Assembly (NCBI GenBank): GCA_964559675.1
Contig: CAZLHJ010000002.1
Span: 658 to 64,657 of the forward strand
Length of the DNA stretch: 64,000 nt
Origin: Candidatus Woesearchaeota archaeon
GTDB lineage: Archaea; Nanobdellota; Nanobdellia; Pacearchaeales; GW2011-AR1
Reading direction: 5' to 3'
Part shown: in pieces, positions 41,439 through 50,933 of the stretch
How positions within the stretch are numbered: position 1 is the first letter of the stretch
Layout: each line of letters begins with the position of its first letter
Made by a program: the position numbers and the translations under genes
The notes under the pieces: model-generated
Database searches by the model: none
Seen by the model: the letters and a program-made list of their open reading frames with translations, nothing else
Told to the model about the DNA's origin: nothing

Positions 41439-41767
41439 TTGCTTACGATTATTTTACGTGAGATGATTTTAGGAGAATTGTATGTGTCGAGTTGGCCGTA
41501 GATTTTTATGTTTTTGTTTAAGTAGTTAGTTTTGTGGGCTCTCGAAGACTTGGAGATTTGAATTGTGATATTATTATTTAGTTTTAGAGTTTTGTATTCA
41601 CCATAGTAGTTTTCAGATATCACTTTTCCAAATGTTTTCACAAAAGAGTTATCTTGTAATTTAGAGAGTTCATATAAATTATCAATATATTCGTAATCAG
41701 AGTAGAAAAATAAATAGGCTAATACAATTATAAGTAAAAATGAGGAGATTAGATAAATAAATCTCAT
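41435..41767 (-). CDS. N-terminally anchored small protein, unknown function
   Basis: N-terminal TM segment (FIYLISSFLLIIVLAYLFF). It overlaps the downstream membrane-protein gene by 4 nt. Confidence 0.4.
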   Translation of the reverse strand: MRFIYLISSFLLIIVLAYLFFYSDYEYIDNLYELSKLQDNSFVKTFGKVISENYYGEYKTLKLNNNITIQISKSSRAHKTNYLNKNIKIYGQLDTYNSPKIISRKIIVSK

Positions 41768-41814
41768 TAAATTAATAGGAAAAGGTTTATATTAAGCATT
41801 TTGATATTTGTTTT

Positions 41815-42840
41815 ATGTTAAAAGTGCTAAGTGTTGATGAGAAATATGAACTAATAACTAGAAACTTGGAAGAGGTTATTGGAGGAGATGAATTAAAAGA
41901 GCTTCTTAAGACAAAAAAGGAAGTTTCAGTTTATTGGGGTACAATGCCTACAGGAAGCCCACACGTTTCTTATTTGTATCCTCTTTCAAAAGTCGGAGAT
42001 TTCTTGAAAGCAGGGTTAAGAGTTAAGATATTACTTGCTGATTTACATGCAGCGCTAGATGGGGTTCCATGGGAGGTTTTAGATAAGAGGCAGAAATATT
42101 ACAAAGCATTAATTCCAGAGATGTTGAAAAGTTTAGGTATAGATGTAAAAAAATTAGAGTTTGTTGAGGGGAGTAAGATTCAGTTGGAACCTAGCTATTT
42201 CAAGGATTTATTAAAATTAAGCACTTTTACAAATGTGAACGATGCAACACGAGCAGCTTCAGAAGTTGTTAAATTGGGAGATAATCCTAAATTAGGCGGG
42301 ATAATGTATCCTTTGATGCAAGCACTCGATGAAGAGTATTTGGGAGTAGATATTCAGTTCGGTGGAACAGATCAAAGAAAGATTTTTGTTTATGCAAGAG
42401 AGTTCCTTCCCAAGATAGGATATAAATCTAGAATAGAGTTAATGAATTTTATGTTGCCTGGTCTAATCGGGCAAAAAATGAGTTCAAGTGTTCCTGGAAG
42501 TAAAATAGATATGTTAGATGGTGAAGAAGAAGTTAATAAAAAAATAAATAAATCTGTTTGTGAGGAAGGGAATCCAAATAACGGATTAATGGCTTTCTTG
42601 AAGTATGTGGTTTTTGTAATTAAGAAAGATAATAATGAAAAATTAAAGATAGAAAGGCCTGAAAAATTTGGAGGAAATTTAGAGTATTCAAATTATGGAG
42701 AATTGGAGAAGGACTTTGTAGCTAAGAAATTACATCCATTAGATTTGAAGAAAACAGTGGCTAGAGAGATTAATAATTTGATAGAAGAAGTTAGAGAAAA
42801 TAAAACTCTTCAGAAGTTGTATAAAGAAGCTTACGAATAA
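41815..42840 (+). CDS. tyrS: Tyrosyl-tRNA synthetase (archaeal type)
   Basis: HIGH-region variant PTGSPHVSY. ILLADLHAALDG, GGTDQRKIFVYAREFLP and KMSSS match archaeal TyrRS (compare M. jannaschii ADLHAYLN, GGMEQRKIHMLARELLP, KMSSS). Confidence 0.85.
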   Translation: MLKVLSVDEKYELITRNLEEVIGGDELKELLKTKKEVSVYWGTMPTGSPHVSYLYPLSKVGDFLKAGLRVKILLADLHAALDGVPWEVLDKRQKYYKALIPEMLKSLGIDVKKLEFVEGSKIQLEPSYFKDLLKLSTFTNVNDATRAASEVVKLGDNPKLGGIMYPLMQALDEEYLGVDIQFGGTDQRKIFVYAREFLPKIGYKSRIELMNFMLPGLIGQKMSSSVPGSKIDMLDGEEEVNKKINKSVCEEGNPNNGLMAFLKYVVFVIKKDNNEKLKIERPEKFGGNLEYSNYGELEKDFVAKKLHPLDLKKTVAREINNLIEEVRENKTLQKLYKEAYE

Positions 42841-43749
42841 TTATTTAGTTTGAAATTCTACGGTATCAAGGTCTTTTAGAACGTGTGCAAGACCAACTTT
42901 TTGATTAGGGAATTTACTGGATGGACCAGTTACTTTTGTTTCTTTTACATTTTGCGAGAATCCTTTCCTAATTGTTTCTGCTACGTCTTTAACTGTGGAC
43001 TTAGGTTGGAGGATAATTGGGTTAGGAGATGCAGGTTTTCCTGGCTCTTTAGTATAAATTCTAATTACAGACATTTGTTTTATGATTAAGTCTTTTAATT
43101 TTAGTATATTATATTCCGTTACGCAAGAAATTGCAAGTCCTTGGAGTTTTTTTGATTTTATCGTTTCTTCAAGTTTTCTAAGTTCTTGGGTTGTGAGAAG
43201 ATCAGATTTATTTATTACAATGATTCTTTTTCCAATTGTCTTAGATAGGAAGCTTTGTACTTTCTCAAGTTCTTGAATATTTGAGAGTACCAGAATCAAG
43301 CAATCTGCAGTATTTACTAAACCATAATCGAATTCTTCAGATCCCAATGATGGCAAGTCCACTATTTGGGATTTATATCCATTATATTCTAAGGTTCCAA
43401 GTTCAGGAGATTTAGTTGTGAATGGGTAAGGTGCTATTTTAGGGGATGCGTTTGTCAGGGTCTTCAATAGAGAAGATTTACCAGAGTTTGCAAGTCCAAT
43501 TAGGGCACATTGGAACCCTTCTTTTCTAATACCTTTTTTACCAGAAGATTTCTTCTTTTTCTCTTTTTCAGTTTTCTCTTTTAGCTTTTTAAGACGAGTT
43601 TTTAGTTCAGAAAGTAGGTTCTCAGAGCTTTTGTGTTTAGGAGCTGCCTTAATCATTTCTTCTAACCAATAAATCTTCTCAGAGGTCGTTTTTGCTTCTA
43701 AGTATTTACCTTCTGCGGTGAAAAATTCATGTGATGCATTGATTGGCAT
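42841..43749 (-). CDS. DRG/Obg-like GTPase with C-terminal TGS domain
   Basis: G1 GLANSGKSS, PFTT, DLPS and NKSD motifs. The N-terminal lysine-rich helix and the C-terminal TGS-like segment are as in DRG proteins. Confidence 0.8.
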   Translation of the reverse strand: MPINASHEFFTAEGKYLEAKTTSEKIYWLEEMIKAAPKHKSSENLLSELKTRLKKLKEKTEKEKKKKSSGKKGIRKEGFQCALIGLANSGKSSLLKTLTNASPKIAPYPFTTKSPELGTLEYNGYKSQIVDLPSLGSEEFDYGLVNTADCLILVLSNIQELEKVQSFLSKTIGKRIIVINKSDLLTTQELRKLEETIKSKKLQGLAISCVTEYNILKLKDLIIKQMSVIRIYTKEPGKPASPNPIILQPKSTVKDVAETIRKGFSQNVKETKVTGPSSKFPNQKVGLAHVLKDLDTVEFQTK

Positions 43750-43799
43750 AGTAATTTAGGTATACAAAACTTTTTAAGAGTTGTTTATTCTAAAACCTT

Positions 43800-44990
43800 A
43801 TGGATTTTCTTAGAAAAAAACTCAAAAATGGAATAACTGTAATAATGGAGAAAAGAGAGCAAGAGGTAGTTGCTCTGAGTATTACAAACAGATTTGGGGC
43901 AGCATATGAAGAAAGTAAAATTAAAGGAATTGCGCATTTTATAGAACATTTATTATTTACAGGGACTGAAAAAAGAACTCATGAAGATATTTCTAGGGAG
44001 ATAGAGAAAAAAGGCGGAATTTTGAATGCATTTACCAGTCATGAGGTAACTAGTTATTGGTTTAAGCTTCCAAGCGGGCACGTTTTCGCAGGGTTGGATA
44101 TATTGATTGATATGTTAAATAATTCCACTTTTAACGAAGAGAAGTTTGAGAAAGAAAAGAAGGTGATTTTAGAGGAAATAAAGATGTATCACGATTCCCC
44201 ACAGCATTATGTTTTTGAGATGATTGAACAAAATATGTTTGAGAAGCCATTTGGAGATTTAGTAATTGGAAATAAGGAAAGTGTAAGTGCATTAAGTAGA
44301 GATTTCGTTTATAATTATTGGAAGGAAAATTATAGTTCTGAAAACTTCATTGTTACAATAGTTGGAAATGCAGATTTTGAGAAAGTATGCGATTATTTAG
44401 AAAATGCATTTAAGCCGAAAAATAAAAAATTAGGGATTAAAGAAATTAAATTAAAGAATTCTGAAACTGTGGAAGAAAGAGAAGGAATAGATCAAGCGCA
44501 TTTTGTTTTCGGAGTACATTCTCCATTACCTAACGAAGATGATTATTATGCATTAGAAGTTTTAGATGCATATTTAGCAAACGGGATGAGTTCAAGATTA
44601 TTTTTAGAGATTAGGGAGAAAAGAGGTTTGGCATACAGTGTAAATAGTAGTTTAAATTCAGAGAAAAATTATTCAAATTATCTAATTTATGTCGGAACTA
44701 AAAAAGAATCTATAGATGAAGTAAAAGAGATTATTTTGAAAGAATTTGAAGGTGTTCAAAATATGAAGGAGAAGGATTTGGAAGAAGCTAAGGAGAGATT
44801 GATTGGTTTGAAAAAAGTTAGAAGTGAAGAGAGTTCAAGAGTCATGAATGCTTTAATGTTTAGCGAATTGGTTGATAAGGCAGAGGATTATTATGATTAT
44901 GAGAATAAAATTAGAAATGTGAAATTAGATGATATTAAGAGATTGGCAAAAATAAAAGAATATAGCAGTGCGGCGATTGTTCCTAAGTGA
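43800..44990 (+). CDS. M16 (pitrilysin-family) zinc peptidase
   Basis: Inverted zinc motif HFIEH, with a downstream Glu in ILEEIKMY. Confidence 0.85.
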   Translation: MDFLRKKLKNGITVIMEKREQEVVALSITNRFGAAYEESKIKGIAHFIEHLLFTGTEKRTHEDISREIEKKGGILNAFTSHEVTSYWFKLPSGHVFAGLDILIDMLNNSTFNEEKFEKEKKVILEEIKMYHDSPQHYVFEMIEQNMFEKPFGDLVIGNKESVSALSRDFVYNYWKENYSSENFIVTIVGNADFEKVCDYLENAFKPKNKKLGIKEIKLKNSETVEEREGIDQAHFVFGVHSPLPNEDDYYALEVLDAYLANGMSSRLFLEIREKRGLAYSVNSSLNSEKNYSNYLIYVGTKKESIDEVKEIILKEFEGVQNMKEKDLEEAKERLIGLKKVRSEESSRVMNALMFSELVDKAEDYYDYENKIRNVKLDDIKRLAKIKEYSSAAIVPK

Positions 44991-45562
44991 ATATGGATGG
45001 AGAAAAAGTTAGAGCATTTATATGTATAGATTTTGAGTTTGGAATTGAAGGGCATGAAGATGTAATTAAGGAAATTGCTCGAGTGCAAGAGTTAATCGGT
45101 AAGAAAAAGTTTGTTGGAAAATTGACCGAGCTTGAGAATTTACATTTAACTTTAAAATTTCTAGGAGAGATTAGTGAAGATAAACTGAAAGAAGTTAAAG
45201 AGCGACTTGGAAAGATAGAATTTAAGGAATTTGAAGCACATTTATTGCACGTAGGATGTTTTGTTTACAAGAGAAATCCTAGAATCGCATGGGTCAAGAT
45301 TGCAGGAAAAGAGATTTATGATTTACAAAAAAGAATTGATGAAGTACTCGAAGGCTTATTCACAAAAGAAGAAAGATTTATGAGTCATTTAACTCTTGCG
45401 AGAATAAAATATGTTAAAGATAAGAAAGAGTTTATTGATTATATTGAGAAATTAAGTGTTAAGCCCCTCAAGTTTAAAGTTAAATCATTTAAATTAAAGG
45501 AAAGTAAATTGGGTTTGCTTGGTCCGGATTATTCTGATTTGAAAGTGTATAGTTTGAAATAA
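44987..45562 (+). CDS. thpR: 2H phosphoesterase / RNA 2',3'-cyclic phosphodiesterase (LigT-like)
   Basis: Two HxT motifs: HLTLKFLG and HLTLARIK. Confidence 0.8.
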   Translation: MNMDGEKVRAFICIDFEFGIEGHEDVIKEIARVQELIGKKKFVGKLTELENLHLTLKFLGEISEDKLKEVKERLGKIEFKEFEAHLLHVGCFVYKRNPRIAWVKIAGKEIYDLQKRIDEVLEGLFTKEERFMSHLTLARIKYVKDKKEFIDYIEKLSVKPLKFKVKSFKLKESKLGLLGPDYSDLKVYSLK

Positions 45563-45596
45563 TTTTATTTATATAGTTAGTTTTGGTATTTTTATT

Positions 45597-45917
45597 TTGA
45601 TGAGTGTTTTAAATGAAGTGGAGCCTACAGGAATTTCTCCTTCTATCAATATTAATTCATTATCTCCTGAGAACTTTAGAACCATGGTTTATGAAGGAAT
45701 TGTGGAATTTTTACTAGTTCGTGGAGGTAGGGATTTCGAGGGAATTGTTTTGAGGGGAGAAGAACAAAATTGTGGAAGAGTTTATCAAGAGATTCATGAT
45801 AAGATAGAGAGTATGCCAGTCTACATAAATGAAAGAACCTCTGGAAAAAATAATTGGAATTTAGATTTAGATGATTTAATTAGGTTGTATAAATTACGAC
45901 AAGATGCGTTTAAGTAA
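45597..45917 (+). CDS. Hypothetical protein
   Basis: Track ORF, 106 aa. Confidence 0.4.
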   Translation: MMSVLNEVEPTGISPSININSLSPENFRTMVYEGIVEFLLVRGGRDFEGIVLRGEEQNCGRVYQEIHDKIESMPVYINERTSGKNNWNLDLDDLIRLYKLRQDAFK

Positions 45918-46581
45918 GCTCTTTATTCAATAAATCAAGGAAATCTTTGGAACGTTTGCCTAGGATTGTGGAGAGATCTTCTTCTGAGGCATTGAAAATG
46001 TTTTTAAGAGAATGAAATTTTTCAATGAGCTTTTTTGCTTTTGTTGGGCCGATATTGGGAAAACCTTCAAGGATATATATGAGGGTTTCTTTTTCAGAAA
46101 ATTGAAATTTATTTGGACGGAAACTTATGGGTTTTGATTTCTTTCTAGAAAGAATCGAGATAAATGATGCAGTTTCTTTTTCATTTTGAGAGAAGATGAT
46201 TGGGACTTGCATCTCAGTTATTGTAGAGAGGAGAAAACCTCTAACTGCGTTTTCTTTTAATTGGAAATTGTCAAATAGTTCTTCATAAGGTCCTTCAATG
46301 ATTAGGAAGTGTTTTGGATATTGTTTTATTTCTATGAGTTGAGTGAGTATTCTTTTATTTATTATGGAGGATTTGAAATCAGAGATAGTTTTTCTTTCTA
46401 TTGCGATATCTTTTACTAGATAATCTGAGATTGGAAGAGATTTAAAATGTATTTCGTGTCCGAGTTTTGAGAGTTCTGAAGGAACAAAGGAGTTTTTTTC
46501 TCTGAAATCTATAATTATTTCTGGAAGTTTGTTTTGGCTAAGGCTAGAGGGTTTTGATTTTGAAAATATATTATATAACAT
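45910..46581 (-). CDS. XPF/Hef-type ERCC4 nuclease with C-terminal (HhH)2
   Basis: ERCC4 motifs IIIDFREK, SDYLV and IAIERKTISDF. The HhH part is LEGFPNIGPTKAKKLIEKFHSLKNIFNASEEDL. Confidence 0.85.
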   Translation of the reverse strand: MLYNIFSKSKPSSLSQNKLPEIIIDFREKNSFVPSELSKLGHEIHFKSLPISDYLVKDIAIERKTISDFKSSIINKRILTQLIEIKQYPKHFLIIEGPYEELFDNFQLKENAVRGFLLSTITEMQVPIIFSQNEKETASFISILSRKKSKPISFRPNKFQFSEKETLIYILEGFPNIGPTKAKKLIEKFHSLKNIFNASEEDLSTILGKRSKDFLDLLNKELT

Positions 46582-46611
46582 GGAGGAAAAAGGAAATTAA
46601 AGTTAATTAAA

Positions 46612-48171
46612 TTAATCTTTTTTGAAGAATTCTCGAATATCTTTTGTTGTATTTTTACGACTCGAATCTAGGTCTCTTTTGACCGAATCTAGAGTTTTAT
46701 ACATTTTCTTTTCTCTAGCAGCAGAAGCATAATGGTTTGAAACATCTCTAGTATCTTTAGTAATAAGGATAATTAGTTTTCCAGGTTTAAGTCTCGCAGT
46801 TCTTCCAGCCCTCTGAATTTTTCTAATCGCACTCGGAATTGGTTCGTAAAAGATTACTGCAGAAACTTCAGGGATGTCTAAGCCTTCTTCTGCTATAGAT
46901 GTTGCAACTAAGACGTTTATCTCTCCTTCTTTGAATTTTTCAATGATTTGTTTTTGCTGTTTTTGATTTAGGCCCGTGAAGCCAGTGCTTGATGATTTTT
47001 TAGCTTGTCCAACGAACATTTCAGGTTTTATTTTTGTATTTTTCTTTAGGTTTTCAATAATTGTTGTTGCAGTTTCTCTAAATTGTGTAAAGATGATTGT
47101 TTTCGCTTTTGGATTAGACTCTAATTCTGAGTCTATTAGTTCTTTAACCTTTGAAATTTTAGGGTGTTCAATAGATTTAGATAAGAGATGGTTTAGTGAG
47201 ACTAGAGCTGCTTGGAACTCAGGTTTTTTAACTAAGATTTGAACGCCCTTTGATTTTTGCTCATTTGCTTGTTGGATTAATGATCTTAGATATTGATTTA
47301 AAGAAGAAAGTGCTTGTGTTTCCAATAGTTCAAGTGCGTGGGAAATTTTTAGTGCCTGTGCAGCAACAGATAATGCAGGCATAACTGAGAAATCTTTTTG
47401 AGTAGCTTTTTTACCTAAAGAGGTTTGTAATTTTAAGAGAGTTAATTTATTTGGAGGTCCAAATAAGTAATGTTTATCTTTTAAATACGAAATATATGAA
47501 TCGTAAATCCCTTTGAACAGTACTTTCAATTCTATAAATTCTTCAGGAAAATCCACTTCAATTTTTCGGAATTCTAGTTCTTGCAAATAGGGTTTTACAT
47601 CTTCAGATTCCCTATTTCTGATCTCTATTTCTTTTATATTTAGATGTGCACAGATTTCTTTTATTTTGTCTAGTTCTGATCCGGGAGAAGCTGTAAGGCC
47701 GAGAATTCTTTGATTCGCAGTTTGTCTTTTATAATAATCTACTACTTGTGTGTATGAGTAATTTTTGAGGCAACGATGTGCTTCGTCTATAATTAGGAGA
47801 GAAACTTCTTCTAAATTATAAAGTCCGGATTTTAAATCGTTTGAGATACATTGAGGGGTAGAGAAGATTATATCTGCTTTATCGAATAATGATTTTCTAC
47901 TTTTCGCATTAACTTCTCCTGTGAAAATTTCTAGGGAGGCAAATAACTCTGGAAGTTGTTTTTTATATGTAATTAGGTGTTGTTCAACTAGTGGTCGAGT
48001 TGGGGCAAGGAAAAGTACTTTACTTCCAGGAAATTTTTGTAATCTATCTATGGATAATAGAAGGGCTATGAGCGTTTTTCCAACTCCTGTTGGAAGTACA
48101 ACTAAGGTATTTGCTTTTGATGCAGTTTCAAATATTTTTTTCTGGTATTCTCTAGGTTTTAAGTCAATCAT
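46612..48171 (-). CDS. hef: Hef-type SF2 helicase (helicase half only)
   Basis: PREYQ, LPTGVGKT, DEAH, TASP and QRAGRTAR. It stops 30 nt before the ERCC4 nuclease gene. Confidence 0.85.
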   Translation of the reverse strand: MIDLKPREYQKKIFETASKANTLVVLPTGVGKTLIALLLSIDRLQKFPGSKVLFLAPTRPLVEQHLITYKKQLPELFASLEIFTGEVNAKSRKSLFDKADIIFSTPQCISNDLKSGLYNLEEVSLLIIDEAHRCLKNYSYTQVVDYYKRQTANQRILGLTASPGSELDKIKEICAHLNIKEIEIRNRESEDVKPYLQELEFRKIEVDFPEEFIELKVLFKGIYDSYISYLKDKHYLFGPPNKLTLLKLQTSLGKKATQKDFSVMPALSVAAQALKISHALELLETQALSSLNQYLRSLIQQANEQKSKGVQILVKKPEFQAALVSLNHLLSKSIEHPKISKVKELIDSELESNPKAKTIIFTQFRETATTIIENLKKNTKIKPEMFVGQAKKSSSTGFTGLNQKQQKQIIEKFKEGEINVLVATSIAEEGLDIPEVSAVIFYEPIPSAIRKIQRAGRTARLKPGKLIILITKDTRDVSNHYASAAREKKMYKTLDSVKRDLDSSRKNTTKDIREFFKKD

Positions 48172-48172
48172 C

Positions 48173-48820
48173 TTAGAAAGGTAAAATTAAAGCAAAAAGA
48201 AAGATTACAAATGTTATAATAGCTAATGTAGTCCATAATGGACGAGAGCCGTAGAAAATTTGAGCGCCATCAAGTTTAGAGAAGGGGATCATGTTAACGA
48301 AAGCGTAATATGCTGCCAATTTTGTTAGAGTTTCTACATGTGGAAGTGGGAGAAAGTAAGCTATTATGGATAGGGCTAGAACTGCGATTATCCCCCCTGC
48401 ACCTATAAATGAAATATGTAAGTCAGTCATCTCCGTATAGCTGTAATGGCCAAATCTTTTCGAAGCTCGATATTTAGAAGCTTTTGTTTCGTAAGTTAAA
48501 AGAGTTGGAACTTTAAGCAATCCTAATGAAAATAATGAAAAGAAAATAGGGAATATTATACCTGCAGGAACTGGATTTTTCAAATAGTCTTTCGGTTTAA
48601 ACCAAAATCTTTGCATTGTGAAAAATTCATGTTCAACATCTGAATCTAAAAGTGAAGCAATAAATTTTTTACTGAAAACTGAAATTGCAATGATTATCGT
48701 CGAGAAACCGAAGGCAATAAAAATAAAACTATAGTTTTCTTTCAAAACTTGTGAAAATGAAGCAATAGCAGTAAAGATAATTATCGCTATCAAAATGTTT
48801 GTAAACTCTTTTTGTTGCAT
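48173..48820 (-). CDS. Membrane protein resembling a site-2 protease (M50) C-terminal half, with no HExxH seen
   Basis: VNMIPFSKLDGAQIF resembles the NxxPxxxLDG motif of M50 proteases. No HExxH motif is present (only VEHEF). Confidence 0.35.
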   Translation of the reverse strand: MQQKEFTNILIAIIIFTAIASFSQVLKENYSFIFIAFGFSTIIIAISVFSKKFIASLLDSDVEHEFFTMQRFWFKPKDYLKNPVPAGIIFPIFFSLFSLGLLKVPTLLTYETKASKYRASKRFGHYSYTEMTDLHISFIGAGGIIAVLALSIIAYFLPLPHVETLTKLAAYYAFVNMIPFSKLDGAQIFYGSRPLWTTLAIITFVIFLFALILPF

Positions 48821-48921
48821 TTTTTTAATTGTTTAGGGATTTATATAAGGGTTTTGGTTCGAGGGAAGTATATATTTTCTGAAAGCATAAAGTATAAAAA
48901 CGGGTGTTTTTTGAGTATACC

Positions 48922-49212
48922 ATGCTTAGAATAAAGAAACTCAGCGAGGTGGTCGGAAAAAACGTCTATACCTCTGAAGGAGATTACTTCGGACAAGTAG
49001 AGGAAGTTAACTTAGTTGACAATAAAGTGGATGGTTGGAAAATCAAAATTGGGAGTGGTTTCATCAGCATGTTTGGTGGAGCAAGAGGAGTTATAATCCC
49101 TCACCAGTTTGTTAGAGCAATTGGAGATATAATGGTTGTTAATAAGGGAAGTTTACCTGGAAAGGAAGAAAGTGTTAATTTTGAATCTGAAGAAGTAGAA
49201 GAAATCGCTTAA
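48922..49212 (+). CDS. PRC-barrel domain protein
   Basis: VVGKNVYTSEGDYFGQVEEVNLVDNKVDGWKI...IIPHQFVRAIGDIMVV. The track start at 48904 is an alternative. Confidence 0.6.
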   Translation: MLRIKKLSEVVGKNVYTSEGDYFGQVEEVNLVDNKVDGWKIKIGSGFISMFGGARGVIIPHQFVRAIGDIMVVNKGSLPGKEESVNFESEEVEEIA

Positions 49213-49248
49213 GTAAATATTTAAATAATGGTGATGAGAAATTAAATT

Positions 49249-49761
49249 ATGGCAGAAAGGGGAGTTACTATTTTACAAAATCCATTCGTTATAGAATTTA
49301 TACTTCCATTTATTCTTTTATTTAGTGTAATTTTTGCAGTTTTACAAAAGTCTGAAGTTTTAGGTAAGAGTAAGAAGCAAATTGATGCAATGGTTGCTTT
49401 TGCAATGGCCCTTATTTTTGTTGCATTTAGTCAAGCAGTAGGTATTGTTATACAGATGACTGTATTTCTAGGAATAGGGTTAGGCATATTTTTAGTTTTA
49501 ATGATTTTAGTTGGGATGGTTAATCCAGGTGGATTTGATAAGGCATTTTCAAGGAATTTCAGTAAATGGGCATCTATTGTCGCCATAATCGCTGTTGTTA
49601 TCGCAGCAGCGATATTCACAGGATTATGGGATTGGATATATACCCAATTTATTGTTGGAGGAGAGGGAGAAATTTTAACAAATATTTTTGCAATCGTAAT
49701 TATTGCAGCAGCAATTGGGTTTGTTTTATGGGGAGCTAAAGGCGAATCAAAGAAAGAGTAA
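49249..49761 (+). CDS. Polytopic membrane protein (tandem family, copy 1)
   Basis: Four or five hydrophobic helices. ILPFILLFSVIFAVLQKS resembles ALPFLLIFAIVFGILTAT in copy 2. Confidence 0.5.
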   Translation: MAERGVTILQNPFVIEFILPFILLFSVIFAVLQKSEVLGKSKKQIDAMVAFAMALIFVAFSQAVGIVIQMTVFLGIGLGIFLVLMILVGMVNPGGFDKAFSRNFSKWASIVAIIAVVIAAAIFTGLWDWIYTQFIVGGEGEILTNIFAIVIIAAAIGFVLWGAKGESKKE

Positions 49762-49812
49762 GAGAAACATATTTAAATTAGAGTTTGATTAATAAATTAA
49801 TAAAGAGGAAAA

Positions 49813-50355
49813 ATGGCTTACGATCTTGTTTCATTAATGTATGAATTTGAGGCTAATGGTATTTTTGATATAGCGTTACCTTTCTTATTGATTTTTGCAA
49901 TTGTGTTCGGAATTTTAACTGCTACAAATATTTTTAGCGGAAATAAAGGAGTAAATGTAATTGTTGCAGTTGTAATTGGTTTAATGTCATTAAGGCTTGG
50001 AATGGTTCAAGCATTCTTTACAGAAGTATTTCCGAGATTTGGAATCGCAATAGCTATTCTTTTAGTTATAGGTATTTTAGCAGCAGCGTTTATTCCAGAT
50101 GAACAAAGAAAATATTGGAGTATAGGTTTAGCAGCAGCAGGGGCATTGTTTGGAGCAATTGCGGTGTTTAATGCATTTGATGCAGTAGATTGGTTCTGGA
50201 CGGATTGGTTCTTCGGAGAGAATTTATCTACGACAATTATAGTTTTAGCAATTGTAGGGCTAATTATCGCAGTTTCAATAAGTAATTCCCCAAAATCTAC
50301 CGATAAGGATGCTGGAAAAGCTAATTTCTCAATGTGGAGACCAGTTAAAAGTTAG
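49813..50355 (+). CDS. Polytopic membrane protein (tandem family, copy 2)
   Basis: Size and topology are similar to copy 1. Confidence 0.5.
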   Translation: MAYDLVSLMYEFEANGIFDIALPFLLIFAIVFGILTATNIFSGNKGVNVIVAVVIGLMSLRLGMVQAFFTEVFPRFGIAIAILLVIGILAAAFIPDEQRKYWSIGLAAAGALFGAIAVFNAFDAVDWFWTDWFFGENLSTTIIVLAIVGLIIAVSISNSPKSTDKDAGKANFSMWRPVKS

Positions 50356-50363
50356 ATTTAAAG

Positions 50364-50876
50364 ATGGCAGATTTTAGCGTTTTTGTTCAGATTGCACCTG
50401 TAATAGCTTATTTGTTAGTTGCTTTGGTTATTGGAGCTATTTTATATAAAACGGAGTTATTGAAGGGAAGTCCGTGGATTGCAGTATTTATTACATTAGG
50501 AATTGCTAGTTTATTTATTGCATTTGCAGGAGTTGTTGATTTTGTTCAGACTGTTGTGCCGTGGTTTGCAGTTTTAGTGTTTTGTTTATTTTTATTATTT
50601 GTAATGATTGGTTTTGTAGGAAAAGACGCTGATTTTATGAAGAAGGGAATCGGAATTGCAGCAGTCATAATTTTAGGATTAATATTTTTAGTTTCTGCAT
50701 TTTTCGTATTTAGTGATTTCTTTATTAGTTATTTACCTGGGCCAGGATACGGATACGATGCGGACCCAAAGGCACTTTATTTCACAGATTGGTTATATTC
50801 ACCAAGGGTGTTCGGAGCAATTTTATTATTGGGCGTTTCTGCATTAGTTGCTTGGGTTTTGTTTAAGAGTAAGTAG
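50364..50876 (+). CDS. Polytopic membrane protein (tandem family, copy 3, more divergent)
   Basis: 170 aa with similar hydrophobic architecture. Confidence 0.45.
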   Translation: MADFSVFVQIAPVIAYLLVALVIGAILYKTELLKGSPWIAVFITLGIASLFIAFAGVVDFVQTVVPWFAVLVFCLFLLFVMIGFVGKDADFMKKGIGIAAVIILGLIFLVSAFFVFSDFFISYLPGPGYGYDADPKALYFTDWLYSPRVFGAILLLGVSALVAWVLFKSK

Positions 50877-50933
50877 GATGTTTTTTAAGATAGAATTCAA
50901 TCGTTTGAATTTTAGTTAATAAATTAATTTTAG

